Virus record (IMG/VR): IMGVR_UViG_3300015360_000024 | Location: 32,001-96,000 of that record | Strand: one strand, 5' to 3' | DNA length: 64,000 nt | From: a virus | Shown: positions 32,978 to 43,123 of the stretch, in pieces | Numbering within the stretch: position 1 is the stretch's first letter | Layout of the letters: every line of letters starts with the position of its first letter | Translations under genes and position numbers: made by a program | The notes under the pieces: generated by a model | What the model saw: the letters and a program-made list of their open reading frames with translations, nothing else | Databases searched by the model: none | What the model was told of the DNA's origin: nothing

Positions 32978-34237
32978 TTGGGAGATGCCACGATGACGGA
33001 GAATCCAGTATCGGAAGTCGTAAACGCGGATTGGGAATTCGATGTCGTCCGGACATATGTGCTTGGTGTTGAAATTCTCGATCAGAGACTTTCAGACGGC
33101 GAGTACAGGTTGCTTCACCTGCTTCGCCTGCGGGCCTCAGGTGGACGAAACAACTTCGTCTCGTATGAGTCTCTAGCGAAGGATCTCGGCATCCACGCAA
33201 AGACGATCGCCACTCGCATGGCCAACCTCAAGGTCAACGGGTACGTCACCTGTCAGAAGCGTGGGCTCAACGCGCCGACTCTCAAAACCATCGCCTCCAT
33301 GGTTGAGAGATATGACGACGGGATCTTGAAGATGTCGCGAAAGGACATGTTCGGGAAGGACCGATCAGATGACGTCCTTAAGCGACTTCATCACATTGAC
33401 AATACATCCCAAGACCCAATAGGAGCGAAAACGCTCCCACCGGAAATCACAGGGGAAAACGACTCACGTAGGGAGCGAAAACGCTCCCTCGTAGGGAGTG
33501 AAAACGCTCCCTCGGAGGGAGTGAAAACGCTCCCTGAAGTAAATCAAGAGCAAGTAAATCTGGCCGAAAGAGATGTCACTCGCTTTGCTCGTGATTCGAC
33601 GCCTACGGCGCCGAAGAACCATTCCGGATTCCGGAAGTCAGAAAGAGAAGATGTAGAGTTAGGGACTACCGTCGTTACCGAAAGTTCAGATCTAGTCCGG
33701 ACGAAATCCTTCGACGCGGAAGCTGATGCCCGTCAGGCCAAGGCTCAGGAGCTGGCGAGGAAGGCCATGGAGGATGCCACCAGGCTGTCCACGGTCGCGC
33801 GTAAGAAGCGCAACGACAAGCGGCGACAGGAGGACGCCGACGGAACGACCGAGGAGAAAGAGAAGCTCAAGAAGATGACCGCCCGCGAGCGGATGACGTC
33901 CGGATCGCGTTTCTATCAGTGGGCGAAGAACGAGTACGAGCTGTTCTTCCCCGAGGAGAACTTGAAGTTCCCCGAGTGGGAGCCGAAGGAATTCGCGTTC
34001 CTGAAGCGACTGCTTGAGATCTATCACCAGGACGAGAAGGTGATCAGGGGCGCCTGGGGCTTCATGTGCGAGAACTGGGACGAGGTGAGGAAGAAGTTGA
34101 AAATAGCCGATGTGACTCCTACCATCGGGCTCTTCTACTTCCTCCGGGGTCGTATCTTTCCGCTCGCGGCAGAGCGCAAGACGAACCGTCAGATCGCGGA
34201 GCAAAAGCCAGTCAACAACAAACAGGGCGAATGGTAG
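32978..34237 (+). CDS. Replication initiator (N-terminal HTH, internal iterons)
   Basis: LSDGEYRLL.LL...SYESLAKDLGIH..TI..RM..L...GYV; position before the loader and helicase. Confidence 0.75.
   Translation: MGDATMTENPVSEVVNADWEFDVVRTYVLGVEILDQRLSDGEYRLLHLLRLRASGGRNNFVSYESLAKDLGIHAKTIATRMANLKVNGYVTCQKRGLNAPTLKTIASMVERYDDGILKMSRKDMFGKDRSDDVLKRLHHIDNTSQDPIGAKTLPPEITGENDSRRERKRSLVGSENAPSEGVKTLPEVNQEQVNLAERDVTRFARDSTPTAPKNHSGFRKSEREDVELGTTVVTESSDLVRTKSFDAEADARQAKAQELARKAMEDATRLSTVARKKRNDKRRQEDADGTTEEKEKLKKMTARERMTSGSRFYQWAKNEYELFFPEENLKFPEWEPKEFAFLKRLLEIYHQDEKVIRGAWGFMCENWDEVRKKLKIADVTPTIGLFYFLRGRIFPLAAERKTNRQIAEQKPVNNKQGEW
33422..33534. repeat. Four iteron-like palindromes GGGAG(C/T)G-AAAA-CGCTCCC, probable origin
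   Basis: Copies at 33422, 33471, 33494, 33517, plus a degenerate one near 33451. Confidence 0.8.
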
Positions 34238-34923
34238 CCGCGCAAGTGCTTGCGCGACAGATGATCAAGATGGAAGACGCAGACTCAAGCCCAACGTCGC
34301 CACGAAGGAAGGTCACCGAGGCCGATCTTCGCCGCGTGAACCTTGGCAGGAACTTCTGGTCCGCTCGAACTGACCGGATTCAGGTCGAGGCCGTTAGGAA
34401 GTTAGTCTTCAGATATCGAAAAGATATCATGAAGATGGCCTCAAAGGGGAGTGGAATTATCTTCTCTGGACCTCTTGGTGTTGGGAAGACAGCAGCAGCG
34501 GCATGCGTGCTGAAGGAGGCGATCAGCGCAGGACTGACGACGTACTTCGTCACGCAACCAGAGCTGCGCGAACTTCGTTTCGAGAAGAAAGATTCCATGT
34601 TTGGCAACGGGCAGGATGGAATCACGATCCGCAAGAGGATCGATACGGCTCAGTTCCTAGTGTTGGACGGGTTCAACGAGAACTTTTTCACGGACAACGC
34701 CTTCGGAACTCAGCAGCTTGAAGAGCTACTGATCAGGAGAATATCGGGGAAGCTTGTTACGATCATGACGACTCGATCGCTTCCAACCTTCAAAAAGGAA
34801 GAGCACGCCGACCTGCACGACATCGTCAGCCAGTGCATGTTTCCTATGAAGTTGTTCGGCAAGAACATGAGGGACGACGCACGCGATGAGATCAAGGATC
34901 TCGTTGGGGGCGATGATATCTAA
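34231..34923 (+). CDS. DnaC/IstB-like AAA+ helicase loader
   Basis: GIIFSGPLGVGKT Walker A; FLVLDG Walker B; TIMTT. Confidence 0.8.
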   Translation: MVAAQVLARQMIKMEDADSSPTSPRRKVTEADLRRVNLGRNFWSARTDRIQVEAVRKLVFRYRKDIMKMASKGSGIIFSGPLGVGKTAAAACVLKEAISAGLTTYFVTQPELRELRFEKKDSMFGNGQDGITIRKRIDTAQFLVLDGFNENFFTDNAFGTQQLEELLIRRISGKLVTIMTTRSLPTFKKEEHADLHDIVSQCMFPMKLFGKNMRDDARDEIKDLVGGDDI

Positions 34924-35228
34924 TGGCCGCCCCGCTGGACGATCTCATGTTTTTGTGTGAACTCTGCGGCCAGCTGGTTGGTCCCGGTGATAGTGCAGCT
35001 CGGATCTTGGCTGAGACTTGTTTGAGCGACGGATGCGGCGGGGCGATCAGGACAGAGGCTGATGAGGAAATTGTTCTGGCTGTGTTTCATGCTGCCTGCG
35101 TAGCCGAGACACGCCAGCAACGCGGGTGCGATGTTGTGCCGTACGTTGAAGAGGCCAGGGAAGTTGTTTCTGGCGAGTCAGACGAGCAGCGTCCGCGCCT
35201 CGTCGTTTACCGAGGCGGACTGGCCTAA
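34923..35228 (+). CDS. Hypothetical protein
   Basis: Coupled TAATG junctions on both sides. Confidence 0.6.
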   Translation: MAAPLDDLMFLCELCGQLVGPGDSAARILAETCLSDGCGGAIRTEADEEIVLAVFHAACVAETRQQRGCDVVPYVEEAREVVSGESDEQRPRLVVYRGGLA

Positions 35229-36571
35229 TGGATATCGACAAGGAGTTCATCCGTTCTGTGGTTCGCGGCGGCAAGGTTGCCGTGCTGGCAGCGATGGATC
35301 GCAACATCGACAAGGAGTTCGATGTTGGCAAGGAGAAGGGGACTTACCTCGTCGGCGACGGCAAGAAGGCCTGGGAATGGCTGCGCAAGTATTTTGTCGA
35401 GTACGACCGCGTTCCGCCCATCGACCTCATCGAGCAAGCTGTCGGCGTAGATCTCAGTGGAACGCTGGAGGAACCACACGATTTCTTTCTGAACGAGATC
35501 TCTAAGCGACGTCTATTTCAGCTCCAGCGGTTTGGCACCAAGGGTGTAGCCGAGAAGCTGGAGGCCAGAGATCCTCAGGGCGCAGCTGAGGTCTGGACCG
35601 AAATCCATCGGAAGATTCAGGAAGAGGCCCTTACGGTCCGTAAGGTCGAGTCGCTGCTTGGTCTCGGCAAGCAACTGATCCAGGACTACAAGGACGCCAA
35701 GGCTGGCAAGCGTGGCATCCCAACGCCATGGCCATCCATGGACAACATGACGCTGGGCTGGTGGCCAGAAGACCTGATCTTGTTCGTTGGTCGTCTTGGT
35801 GTCGGCAAGACGTGGTCGCTTGTGATTTGCGCCCATAGGGCCTGGATGGCAGGTCATAAGGTCTTGGTTATCTCGACGGAGATGAACAAGATGCAAATGG
35901 CTCGTCGTTTCTTTGCCCTGCACCTGAGGCTTCCGTATGACGAGATTCGCAGGGGTAAGCTCGGTGAGTTCGTTGAGAGTAAGTTCTTTCAGGGCGTTGA
36001 AGAGATCATGGGCGCCGAGGGCGTTAATATCGTTGCCGGTGACTTCGACTACTCCATTGAGAATATTGGTTCGGTGCTTTCAGATACGAGGCCGCATCTG
36101 CTTTGTCTCGACGGGCCGTACCTGATCAAAAACTCCGGCAAGGATCGCCACGAGCGTGTGTCGAACAACTTTGACGACTTCAAGAAGCTCGGAAAGCGGT
36201 ATCAGCACGCCACGATCACTAATCTCCAGTTCAACCGTTCTGCGAAGACTGGTCAGTCGCAGACGATCGCAGCCGACAATATCGGCATCACGGACGTTGC
36301 CGGCTGGAACGCCGATGCTGCATTTGGTCTCCTGCAGAGCGAGGACATGCTGGCTGCCTGGGAGATGGGCCTCAAGGGCCTCAAGGTTCGCGAAGGTATG
36401 CCCAGCGAGTTCAAGATCCACTGGAACCACGGCGCGATGGATTTCACTGAGATTGGCGCAGTGACCACACCGCTGGTTGACGCAACGAAGACCACGGCGA
36501 TCGTTCAGGGGGCAGGATCTGACAGCTCGTTTGCTATCGAGGAGGACGGCTTCGACGATGTCCCCTTCTGA
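35228..36571 (+). CDS. dnaB: DnaB-like replicative helicase
   Basis: LFVGRLGVGKT, ISTEM, CLDGPY, QFNR, LKVREG. Confidence 0.9.
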   Translation: MDIDKEFIRSVVRGGKVAVLAAMDRNIDKEFDVGKEKGTYLVGDGKKAWEWLRKYFVEYDRVPPIDLIEQAVGVDLSGTLEEPHDFFLNEISKRRLFQLQRFGTKGVAEKLEARDPQGAAEVWTEIHRKIQEEALTVRKVESLLGLGKQLIQDYKDAKAGKRGIPTPWPSMDNMTLGWWPEDLILFVGRLGVGKTWSLVICAHRAWMAGHKVLVISTEMNKMQMARRFFALHLRLPYDEIRRGKLGEFVESKFFQGVEEIMGAEGVNIVAGDFDYSIENIGSVLSDTRPHLLCLDGPYLIKNSGKDRHERVSNNFDDFKKLGKRYQHATITNLQFNRSAKTGQSQTIAADNIGITDVAGWNADAAFGLLQSEDMLAAWEMGLKGLKVREGMPSEFKIHWNHGAMDFTEIGAVTTPLVDATKTTAIVQGAGSDSSFAIEEDGFDDVPF

Positions 36572-36827
36572 TCCAGCAGAGCGAATCTGCCCTCGATGCG
36601 GAGGCCCGGTGAACTGGGAATCCGCCTTCGCTGTCCACGTTTGGGCAGAAGGTGAGGAGCTTCTTTACGATGTCGTTTTCGCGAAAAATACCCACGAAAA
36701 CGGTGTGCTGATGCACATGTCTGCTGATCGACAATGCAAAGGTGAAATTTCTGGATACATAGGCAAGCTACTAATAAAATTAGGGCTTTCGACCGACTGT
36801 GATACCTCTGAATTGGACCGCCTTTAG
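36558..36827 (+). CDS. Hypothetical protein
   Basis: CPRC motif; overlaps the dnaB stop. Confidence 0.5.
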   Translation: MSPSDPAERICPRCGGPVNWESAFAVHVWAEGEELLYDVVFAKNTHENGVLMHMSADRQCKGEISGYIGKLLIKLGLSTDCDTSELDRL

Positions 36828-36831
36828 AGGT

Positions 36832-36860
36832 TTGACAATCGCAGCATTACCTCTTAGATT
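36832..36860 (+). promoter_or_regulatory. sigma70-like promoter TTGACA-17-TAGATT
   Basis: Direct reading. Confidence 0.7.
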
Positions 36861-36914
36861 TGCTTCGTAAACCGCGCTATAGTAAGCGTCTGGTTCAAGG
36901 CAAACGAGGTAATT

Positions 36915-37301
36915 ATGGCGTCCAGGCGTATTCAGGAAATCGTGGATCGGTTCGTCGCTGAGATTCAGGTTGCCTCAGAAGAAGAGGCGGCTGAGGCGCT
37001 GCACGATCGACTGCGAGACGTACTCGGTTCGACGGCGGGCCTGGAGCTGGCCCCTGTGAAGCGTCGCAAGACGACGAAGGGCTACACGGTTCTCCGTCCG
37101 TGTCCGATCCCCGGCTGCGGAAAGGTAGCGGCTCCTCGTTACCAGATGGTCTGCAAGGGGCACAGCACGTTGCCGCGTGAGGAGATCCTGGTGGCTCGCG
37201 ACAACGCCACGAAGGAGGGCGGCGTCTGGTTTGACCTGACGCCTGGGAAGCCGTGGAATGGCCTCAAGGCAGCCCTGGCGAAGTCCAAGAAGGCGGGCTG
37301 A
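36915..37301 (+). CDS. Hypothetical protein with C/H zinc motif
   Basis: CPIPGC...VCKGH; GAGG RBS. Confidence 0.65.
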   Translation: MASRRIQEIVDRFVAEIQVASEEEAAEALHDRLRDVLGSTAGLELAPVKRRKTTKGYTVLRPCPIPGCGKVAAPRYQMVCKGHSTLPREEILVARDNATKEGGVWFDLTPGKPWNGLKAALAKSKKAG

Positions 37302-37302
37302 G

Positions 37303-37584
37303 GTGGTGGCGGCCAAGAAGAAGCCTAAGGCCAAAACCAAGGCCGACAAGAAGACGAGGACCGAAGAGGAATACCAGGAGCTGCGTAAGGCGACCTGGGC
37401 GCTCGCTAATTGTGCGGTCCTGACGCTTGCCAGTAATGGCAAGCTCGGTGCCGGATCAGGGATGACCATCGATCTGAAAACGCGCGAGATCAGTCACTGG
37501 TCAACGCAGTTCTTCGACGCGCTCGATATGGTTGGAATCTCCTATGATCGCGACGCTTACTTCGAGAAGAAGCGCAAGCGTTGA
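37303..37584 (+). CDS. Hypothetical protein
   Basis: Lys-rich N-terminus; GTG start. Confidence 0.5.
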   Translation: MVAAKKKPKAKTKADKKTRTEEEYQELRKATWALANCAVLTLASNGKLGAGSGMTIDLKTREISHWSTQFFDALDMVGISYDRDAYFEKKRKR

Positions 37585-37602
37585 CCGTGGTATCCTAGGC
37601 GC

Positions 37603-38031
37603 ATGAAATGGCAGGACATCCCTGCGCTTGTGCGTCATTCGACGTTGGCGATCTACAACAAGTCGACGGGCGGCGGCGCCGATGGTTTCATCAAGGCGCT
37701 GCGCATCTCGCGCGACACCTTGGCGAAGCAGGGCTACGTGTACCACGGTCAAAAAAAGGCCATCCTCGAAGACATTAAGCTGACCGCCAAGGGCTGGATC
37801 AGGAACAAGCAGCACGAACAAGAAGGGCGGTCCGGCCATGACAAGGATCGCGCGTTCGCTTCGCTATGGAAGATGATTGAGCCACGAGTACCGGAGTTGG
37901 ATGGGCCGAGCGGCCAGAAGGCCGAGAAGCCGAAGAACTCCGAGGAGGCTGCAGCTCGCGAAAAGCGAGACCCAAGGCCTGGCGAGAAGCTCGACAATAG
38001 CCGTGGTCATGTCTACCCTCCGCCGAAGTAG
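37603..38031 (+). CDS. Hypothetical protein
   Basis: 142-aa ORF. Confidence 0.55.
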   Translation: MKWQDIPALVRHSTLAIYNKSTGGGADGFIKALRISRDTLAKQGYVYHGQKKAILEDIKLTAKGWIRNKQHEQEGRSGHDKDRAFASLWKMIEPRVPELDGPSGQKAEKPKNSEEAAAREKRDPRPGEKLDNSRGHVYPPPK

Positions 38032-38049
38032 CTCGGGCGCTGCTTTGCG

Positions 38050-39129
38050 ATGAAGGCAGAACACATTGAGAAGCTGCTGGGTTGGCTCGGATGCGAGAAG
38101 ATCCGCGTGGCTGGCAACAAGGTCAGGAGCACCTGTCCGCTTGCGCCATGGAAGCATGGCGGAGGCAAGGACGAGCATCCGTCGTTGGCTGTTTTCATCA
38201 CCGACAACGACGCCAGCGGCGCGAACTGCATGAGTGGTCGTTGTGGCTTTCATGGAAGCCTTACAGATTTGCTCTATAGGCTGCAGAGGTTATCTGGGCG
38301 TGATCTATCTAAGCATCTGACGTTTGTGTACGAGAACAATGCGCCCAGTTGCGACATGCAAATGAGTCGCATCGACGCCAATGCAGGGCACTACGCGATG
38401 CCCGAAATGTCTTCAAGCACACCTGCCTCCATGTCAGGAGGGAAGGACTACTCAGATCCTCTAGTCCGTGCCTCGATGAGTCCGGCGCTCCCCGAGTCGG
38501 CCGTCGAAGTAATGGAGAAGATGCGAACATGGATAGACGACGAGGCTGCGGCGTACCTGCACGGCCCAGATCGTCGACTGACTGATGCGACGATCCAGAA
38601 GTGGAAAATCGGATGGCACCCTCAGCATCGGCGCGTGTCGGTTCCTCAATATGATCGGCTAGGGCGACTCGTAAATCTGTCGGGGCGCCATGTTTCGTAT
38701 TGGCCAAAATGTGTCCCGATGTCCGACCGTGAAGAGAAGGCACCGAAGTGGATGCACTCGAAGGGTTTCGACCGAGAGCTATTCTTGTTCGGCGAGGATT
38801 GGCTGGAGGTCGCCGAAGACGGCCGAGGTACCATCTTCATTTGTGAGGGTGCGTTCGATGTGATTTTCATGGATCAGTGCGGCCTGAAGAACGTGGCAGG
38901 AATCAACGGATCCCACATCAATGATACGCAGGTGGATAAGATCCTAAAGTGGTTCGACTCTGCCGTTTTGCTCATGGATGGAGATCCGGCAGGCATCGAG
39001 GCTGCCCAAAAAATCGAGGGCCGTCTTGCGCGCCGCATGCACGTGACCACGCACATAATTCCTGATGGAAGAGATCCAAATCAGATGGAGATGCACGAGG
39101 TTGAGGATCTCAAGATCCGGTTCCGCTAA
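38050..39129 (+). CDS. dnaG: DnaG-like primase (zinc-binding plus TOPRIM)
   Basis: CPL...H...CMSGRCG; ICEGAFDV; MDGDPAG; GRDPN. Confidence 0.85.
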   Translation: MKAEHIEKLLGWLGCEKIRVAGNKVRSTCPLAPWKHGGGKDEHPSLAVFITDNDASGANCMSGRCGFHGSLTDLLYRLQRLSGRDLSKHLTFVYENNAPSCDMQMSRIDANAGHYAMPEMSSSTPASMSGGKDYSDPLVRASMSPALPESAVEVMEKMRTWIDDEAAAYLHGPDRRLTDATIQKWKIGWHPQHRRVSVPQYDRLGRLVNLSGRHVSYWPKCVPMSDREEKAPKWMHSKGFDRELFLFGEDWLEVAEDGRGTIFICEGAFDVIFMDQCGLKNVAGINGSHINDTQVDKILKWFDSAVLLMDGDPAGIEAAQKIEGRLARRMHVTTHIIPDGRDPNQMEMHEVEDLKIRFR

Positions 39130-39718
39130 CGGACGCTGCCCGCCTTCCGTAAGCGGCTGCTTCCTCTTTTTTCTTGGGGTCATTCCAGGCTCTGCGAATG
39201 GCGTTTATGTGTTCGCTTGATTTCGGTCCAGTTCCCTTCCCTTTCCTCCCATCGCTAATTCTCTTGATGGTTTCAGGGGAGCGCTTAACCCCTGAGCGCA
39301 GCTTGCTCATGCGAAGCTTATGCGCCTCGGTATGAGCGGTCCCCTTTTTTCCTGTGCGAGCCCGAGAGATCTTTTTCCGTGTCTCGTCGGATACGACTAG
39401 GCCGGCAACCCCTTCGCCTCCGTCGGTTGCGTTGACGAGATTGAATCCCATTGATCGATAATGAGCGATGGCGAGTATTTCCAGAATTACTACGCTTTCT
39501 GGATTTTCCGCCACCTCAAGAATAGTAAATTCTGGCTTGACGCCACGGCTTATTACAGATTTTATCCAGTTGGTTCGGTGATTTCTAGCGATCAGATGTG
39601 ACGGTCTAAAATGTTCAAAGATGCGCTTTAGCCCGCGCGTGCTTTTTCCGATGTACCTAATCTCGCCAGTCTCTGGATCCATGAGGGCGTAGACGATGAA
39701 CCTGTTTTCGTTTGTCAT
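39110..39718 (-). CDS. GIY-YIG endonuclease with NUMOD3-like repeats (opposite strand)
   Basis: IVYALMDPETGEIRYIGKS...R..H; NATDGGEG; SDETRKKIS repeats. Confidence 0.85.
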   Translation of the reverse strand: MTNENRFIVYALMDPETGEIRYIGKSTRGLKRIFEHFRPSHLIARNHRTNWIKSVISRGVKPEFTILEVAENPESVVILEILAIAHYRSMGFNLVNATDGGEGVAGLVVSDETRKKISRARTGKKGTAHTEAHKLRMSKLRSGVKRSPETIKRISDGRKGKGTGPKSSEHINAIRRAWNDPKKKEEAAAYGRRAASVSGTGS

Positions 39719-39877
39719 GTGGGTCCAGGATGAGATCGACGTTACCACGAAGATCTTCCACTCTTTGCTGGATCTTAGACGACACCCGTTGACTATGTCA
39801 GACCCCATTGGTAGTGGTGAACGGTCGCCGATAAGGCGCGTTGCGGATCGACAAGGTCCATCACAGGAGAAATTTCC

Positions 39878-40666
39878 ATGGGTAAGTCTTGGTATGAAAC
39901 GGGTTACGAGGGTGCTGGCAAGGAGCAGGAGCGACGGTCGCTGGGGTATCCGCCTGATCGCTTCTGGCTGAAGGCCGGAACCTCGAAGGAGATCATCTTC
40001 GTTGGGGATGATCCCTTCTGCATTCGTGAGCACACATGGCGCGACAGCGAGGGCAACTGGCACAGCGCCACTTGCACGGCGAGCATCAACGACAACGGAT
40101 GTGGCGGTTGCGGTCAGACTGGCGTGAGCCGAGCTGACTACGTCGGCCACTACACGATCGTCGATGTCACCGGGTATACAAACAAGGACGGCGTCGACTT
40201 CAAAAACCAGCTGAAGTTGCTACCCGCCAAGACCAAGGTGCTCAACAAGTTCAAGCTGAAGAAGGAGAATCGGGGTTCTCTTCTTGGCCAGCTGTGGACG
40301 ATCACTCGCGCCGACTCCAACGCGCCGAATACTGGTGATGATCTCGACCACGTTCGCGAGATCAAGGCTGACCGTCTCCTCGAAGCCGTGACTTACAAGG
40401 GTAAGTCGCTCAAGGAGATGATCGAGCAGGCTAACGGGACCGGCGGCGATGCGGAGAAGACGAGGAAGTACCTCTCGCATCACTTCCAGATCCCGAAGGA
40501 AGGCGCGATCCCGCTCAAGGTCCCGCAGTTCAACTACCCCGACTTGATGGCCCCGATGGAGTTCGGAGTCCTGCGTGCTGCTGTTGCTGACGCTCAGCCG
40601 TTCAACAACGCTGGCAAGGGCAAGACCGGCGGCGAGGGCAGCTCGACCGACGACGTTCCGTTCTGA
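39878..40666 (+). CDS. Putative ssDNA-binding protein (gp32-like position and acidic tail)
   Basis: IREH...C...C..CG; ends DDVPF. Confidence 0.55.
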   Translation: MGKSWYETGYEGAGKEQERRSLGYPPDRFWLKAGTSKEIIFVGDDPFCIREHTWRDSEGNWHSATCTASINDNGCGGCGQTGVSRADYVGHYTIVDVTGYTNKDGVDFKNQLKLLPAKTKVLNKFKLKKENRGSLLGQLWTITRADSNAPNTGDDLDHVREIKADRLLEAVTYKGKSLKEMIEQANGTGGDAEKTRKYLSHHFQIPKEGAIPLKVPQFNYPDLMAPMEFGVLRAAVADAQPFNNAGKGKTGGEGSSTDDVPF

Positions 40667-40691
40667 TCTAGGGCGACCTAGTCGATGGATA

Positions 40692-40737
40692 GCGGAGGCC
40701 GGGCTGTTGCGCCTGGCCTCCGCATACGTTTTTTTTG
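40692..40737 (+). terminator. Rho-independent terminator
   Basis: GCGGAGGCCGGGC...GCCTGGCCTCCGC then T8. Confidence 0.75.
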
Positions 40738-40747
40738 CGGGGAGCCG

Positions 40748-42169
40748 ATGAACATCAAAGTCGATGGGTGGTCGTGGATTAAGCTCGATGAAATGGGCGA
40801 TGCCACTGCGAGCGTCATGCGCAGACGGCTTACGCTCGTTGAGTCGATTAAGAGATCTGCGTTCACACATCGCGCCTTCCAGGAGAAGGATGGTCTGCTT
40901 GGTGTTCCACGCTCGTTCTTCAGATCATCAGCGACCGTAAATCACAACGTCGTCTATAAAACCTCAAGCGGACTGCAGTGGCCAGACAGGGTGAAGGCTG
41001 GCCCAGAAGATCCGTGGGCTGCAGCTCAAGACGGTGATGTCGACGAGCTAGTTCTAGCGGATGCCTTCACGGGCGAGAAGTCGGAAGACTTTTTTTCGAA
41101 GAACCAGAAGTATGGTATCGGCGAGATCTTGAGGGCGCTTGGTGGTTCGACGGTTGGCGATGGGATGGCGATCTTCACGTCGGAACACGCTGCCGCCAAG
41201 GTCTGCTTGTCACTCATCAAGGCCCTCAAGATGCGGACGCTGGTCCTTACGCCACCTGGTGCGCCCCTGGCGATGTGGCGCACCGTGGCCGGTCAGTATC
41301 TGCCGGACGCCAAGATCGGAACGATGCGTCAAGGGGAGAGGGATGAGGCCGATGCTCACATCACCGTAACGACCCTCGATGACGCCAGGGATTTCATCAC
41401 GCACGGCAAGATACAGAGCGACGAATTCGGCTTCATCATCTCCCATCAGATCCACAAGATGGACCCGATGACGTGGGTCAAGGTGGTGCCGTTCTTCTCG
41501 GCCGCTAAGCGACTTGGGCTTGTAGACCCCGAGGCGTCGTTCACCACTGGGCTATCGAGGGTGTATCGGTATCACCTCGGTGAGCCGGTCTTCTGTGCAG
41601 ATCCAGAGCTTGAGACGCCGAAGATACGCAGGGTCTGGTCGACGTGGAAGATCAGCAACTGGGCCAAGGTTAACCCAGCGTTTGTCTCCAAGCAGACGTT
41701 GCTCGATCACATGGGCACGAGCACGGTCTACAACCAGCAGCTCGTTGAGCAGATCGTCCAGGCACTCGTGGCCAACCGGAAGGTCGTTGTCGTGAGCGAG
41801 CGAGTTCCGCATCTCCAAATGCTGAAGAAGCAGATCGAGACGGCGTGGTCCGGAGCGGCCAAGGTAGTGGACTTCATGATCCATGGGATGCACTCCGAGG
41901 ACGTTGCCAAAGCCGCAGAAGCTAACGTCATCTTGACAACGTATGCTTACGTTAAATCTCTCCCTGAGATGCCAACTGTGGATACCGTCGTTCTGGCCTC
42001 TCCGGTACGAGACCCCTTACCAATCGTAATGGTTTGTTTATCTAGGCATGAATCAAAAAAGCCACCTGTTATCGTAGACATGCGCTGCGATGACATCCCG
42101 GTCTGCAAGGACTACGGAAAGTCTAGGGACGACGCGTACAGGTCGTCGTTTGGATCCAGTAACACTTGA
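40748..42169 (+). CDS. SF2 (UvsW-like) helicase-fold protein with degenerate ATPase motifs
   Basis: Helicase layout (LVL, ITVTT, VVVSER..HL, VILTT, TVVLASP) but no GxGKT or DExH. Confidence 0.6.
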   Translation: MNIKVDGWSWIKLDEMGDATASVMRRRLTLVESIKRSAFTHRAFQEKDGLLGVPRSFFRSSATVNHNVVYKTSSGLQWPDRVKAGPEDPWAAAQDGDVDELVLADAFTGEKSEDFFSKNQKYGIGEILRALGGSTVGDGMAIFTSEHAAAKVCLSLIKALKMRTLVLTPPGAPLAMWRTVAGQYLPDAKIGTMRQGERDEADAHITVTTLDDARDFITHGKIQSDEFGFIISHQIHKMDPMTWVKVVPFFSAAKRLGLVDPEASFTTGLSRVYRYHLGEPVFCADPELETPKIRRVWSTWKISNWAKVNPAFVSKQTLLDHMGTSTVYNQQLVEQIVQALVANRKVVVVSERVPHLQMLKKQIETAWSGAAKVVDFMIHGMHSEDVAKAAEANVILTTYAYVKSLPEMPTVDTVVLASPVRDPLPIVMVCLSRHESKKPPVIVDMRCDDIPVCKDYGKSRDDAYRSSFGSSNT

Positions 42170-42176
42170 CGGAAGA

Positions 42177-42205
42177 TTGACAGTCGCGGATCTATTATAT
42201 AGTTT
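42177..42205 (+). promoter_or_regulatory. sigma70-like promoter TTGACA-17-TAGTTT
   Basis: Direct reading. Confidence 0.7.
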
Positions 42206-42226
42206 GATCGATTGATGGGGGCTCAG

Positions 42227-42793
42227 ATGAACGAAAACGACAAGACCAGCGGCCAATCAAATGGAAAGGCTGCGGCTCCCAAAACCGAATGGACGTATCG
42301 CGGCTGGTACGAAGAGAATAAGGCTGCGCTCTCAAAGAGACGCAAAGAGCGCTACCACAAGGACAAGGAATACCGCGAAAAGGTCTTAGAGCAGAATAAG
42401 GATTACCGAGCAAAGAAGGCTCAGGATAAGCCACAGACGTCGAAGACCAAGGTTCGTACTCCCAAGCATCGCAAGCCCGTCTCCATGAAGGTGAAGATCG
42501 GCGGCAAGTCTCAGGAGGTCAATATGGTCCACGTTGGTGCATTTGCTCGTGCGATCGGACGCAGTGTCCCTACGATTCATCAGTGGGAGCGTGTTGGACT
42601 TCTGCCGAGGACGCCGTTTAACCTGAACGGAAAAAACAAACAGGAACGGCTCTACACCGCCGAGATGATCGGCGTGGTTCGTGATGTCCTGAAGACACGC
42701 GGGGCGACTGTCTCTGCATCGGACACTGCGTTCCGGATGGAAATTGAGAACGGGTGGTGCGGCCTCGGTATCGTCATCAAGGAAGAATCATGA
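42227..42793 (+). CDS. MerR-like HTH DNA-binding protein
   Basis: VGAFARAIGRSVPTIHQWERVGLLP...RLYTAEMI. Confidence 0.75.
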   Translation: MNENDKTSGQSNGKAAAPKTEWTYRGWYEENKAALSKRRKERYHKDKEYREKVLEQNKDYRAKKAQDKPQTSKTKVRTPKHRKPVSMKVKIGGKSQEVNMVHVGAFARAIGRSVPTIHQWERVGLLPRTPFNLNGKNKQERLYTAEMIGVVRDVLKTRGATVSASDTAFRMEIENGWCGLGIVIKEES

Positions 42794-43116
42794 GATCTGA
42801 GAAGTCGGTCAACTCGAAGATTTTCGTCACAAGGACTATTGGAACAAAGGGTAATGTCTCATCCAGCACCGAGGACGAAGACGTCATTGCCGTGCATAAA
42901 TTCGAGACAGAGCCTGCCAAGGTTATGGTCGACTATGCGTTAACGATTAACCTTGGAAATTTCGAATCGGCGAAGATCGGCGTGTCTGTCACAGTGCCGT
43001 GCTACGTCGAGGAAGTAGATAAGGCCTATGAGTTCGCTCAGGCCTGGGCCGAGGAACGTCTGACCAAGGAACGTGACATGGTCACCTCGGGTCGCAACGG
43101 ACAGAGCCCACTCTAG
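42790..43116 (+). CDS. Hypothetical protein
   Basis: TINLGNFESAKIGV motif. Confidence 0.6.
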   Translation: MRSEKSVNSKIFVTRTIGTKGNVSSSTEDEDVIAVHKFETEPAKVMVDYALTINLGNFESAKIGVSVTVPCYVEEVDKAYEFAQAWAEERLTKERDMVTSGRNGQSPL

Positions 43117-43123
43117 GAGTCGT

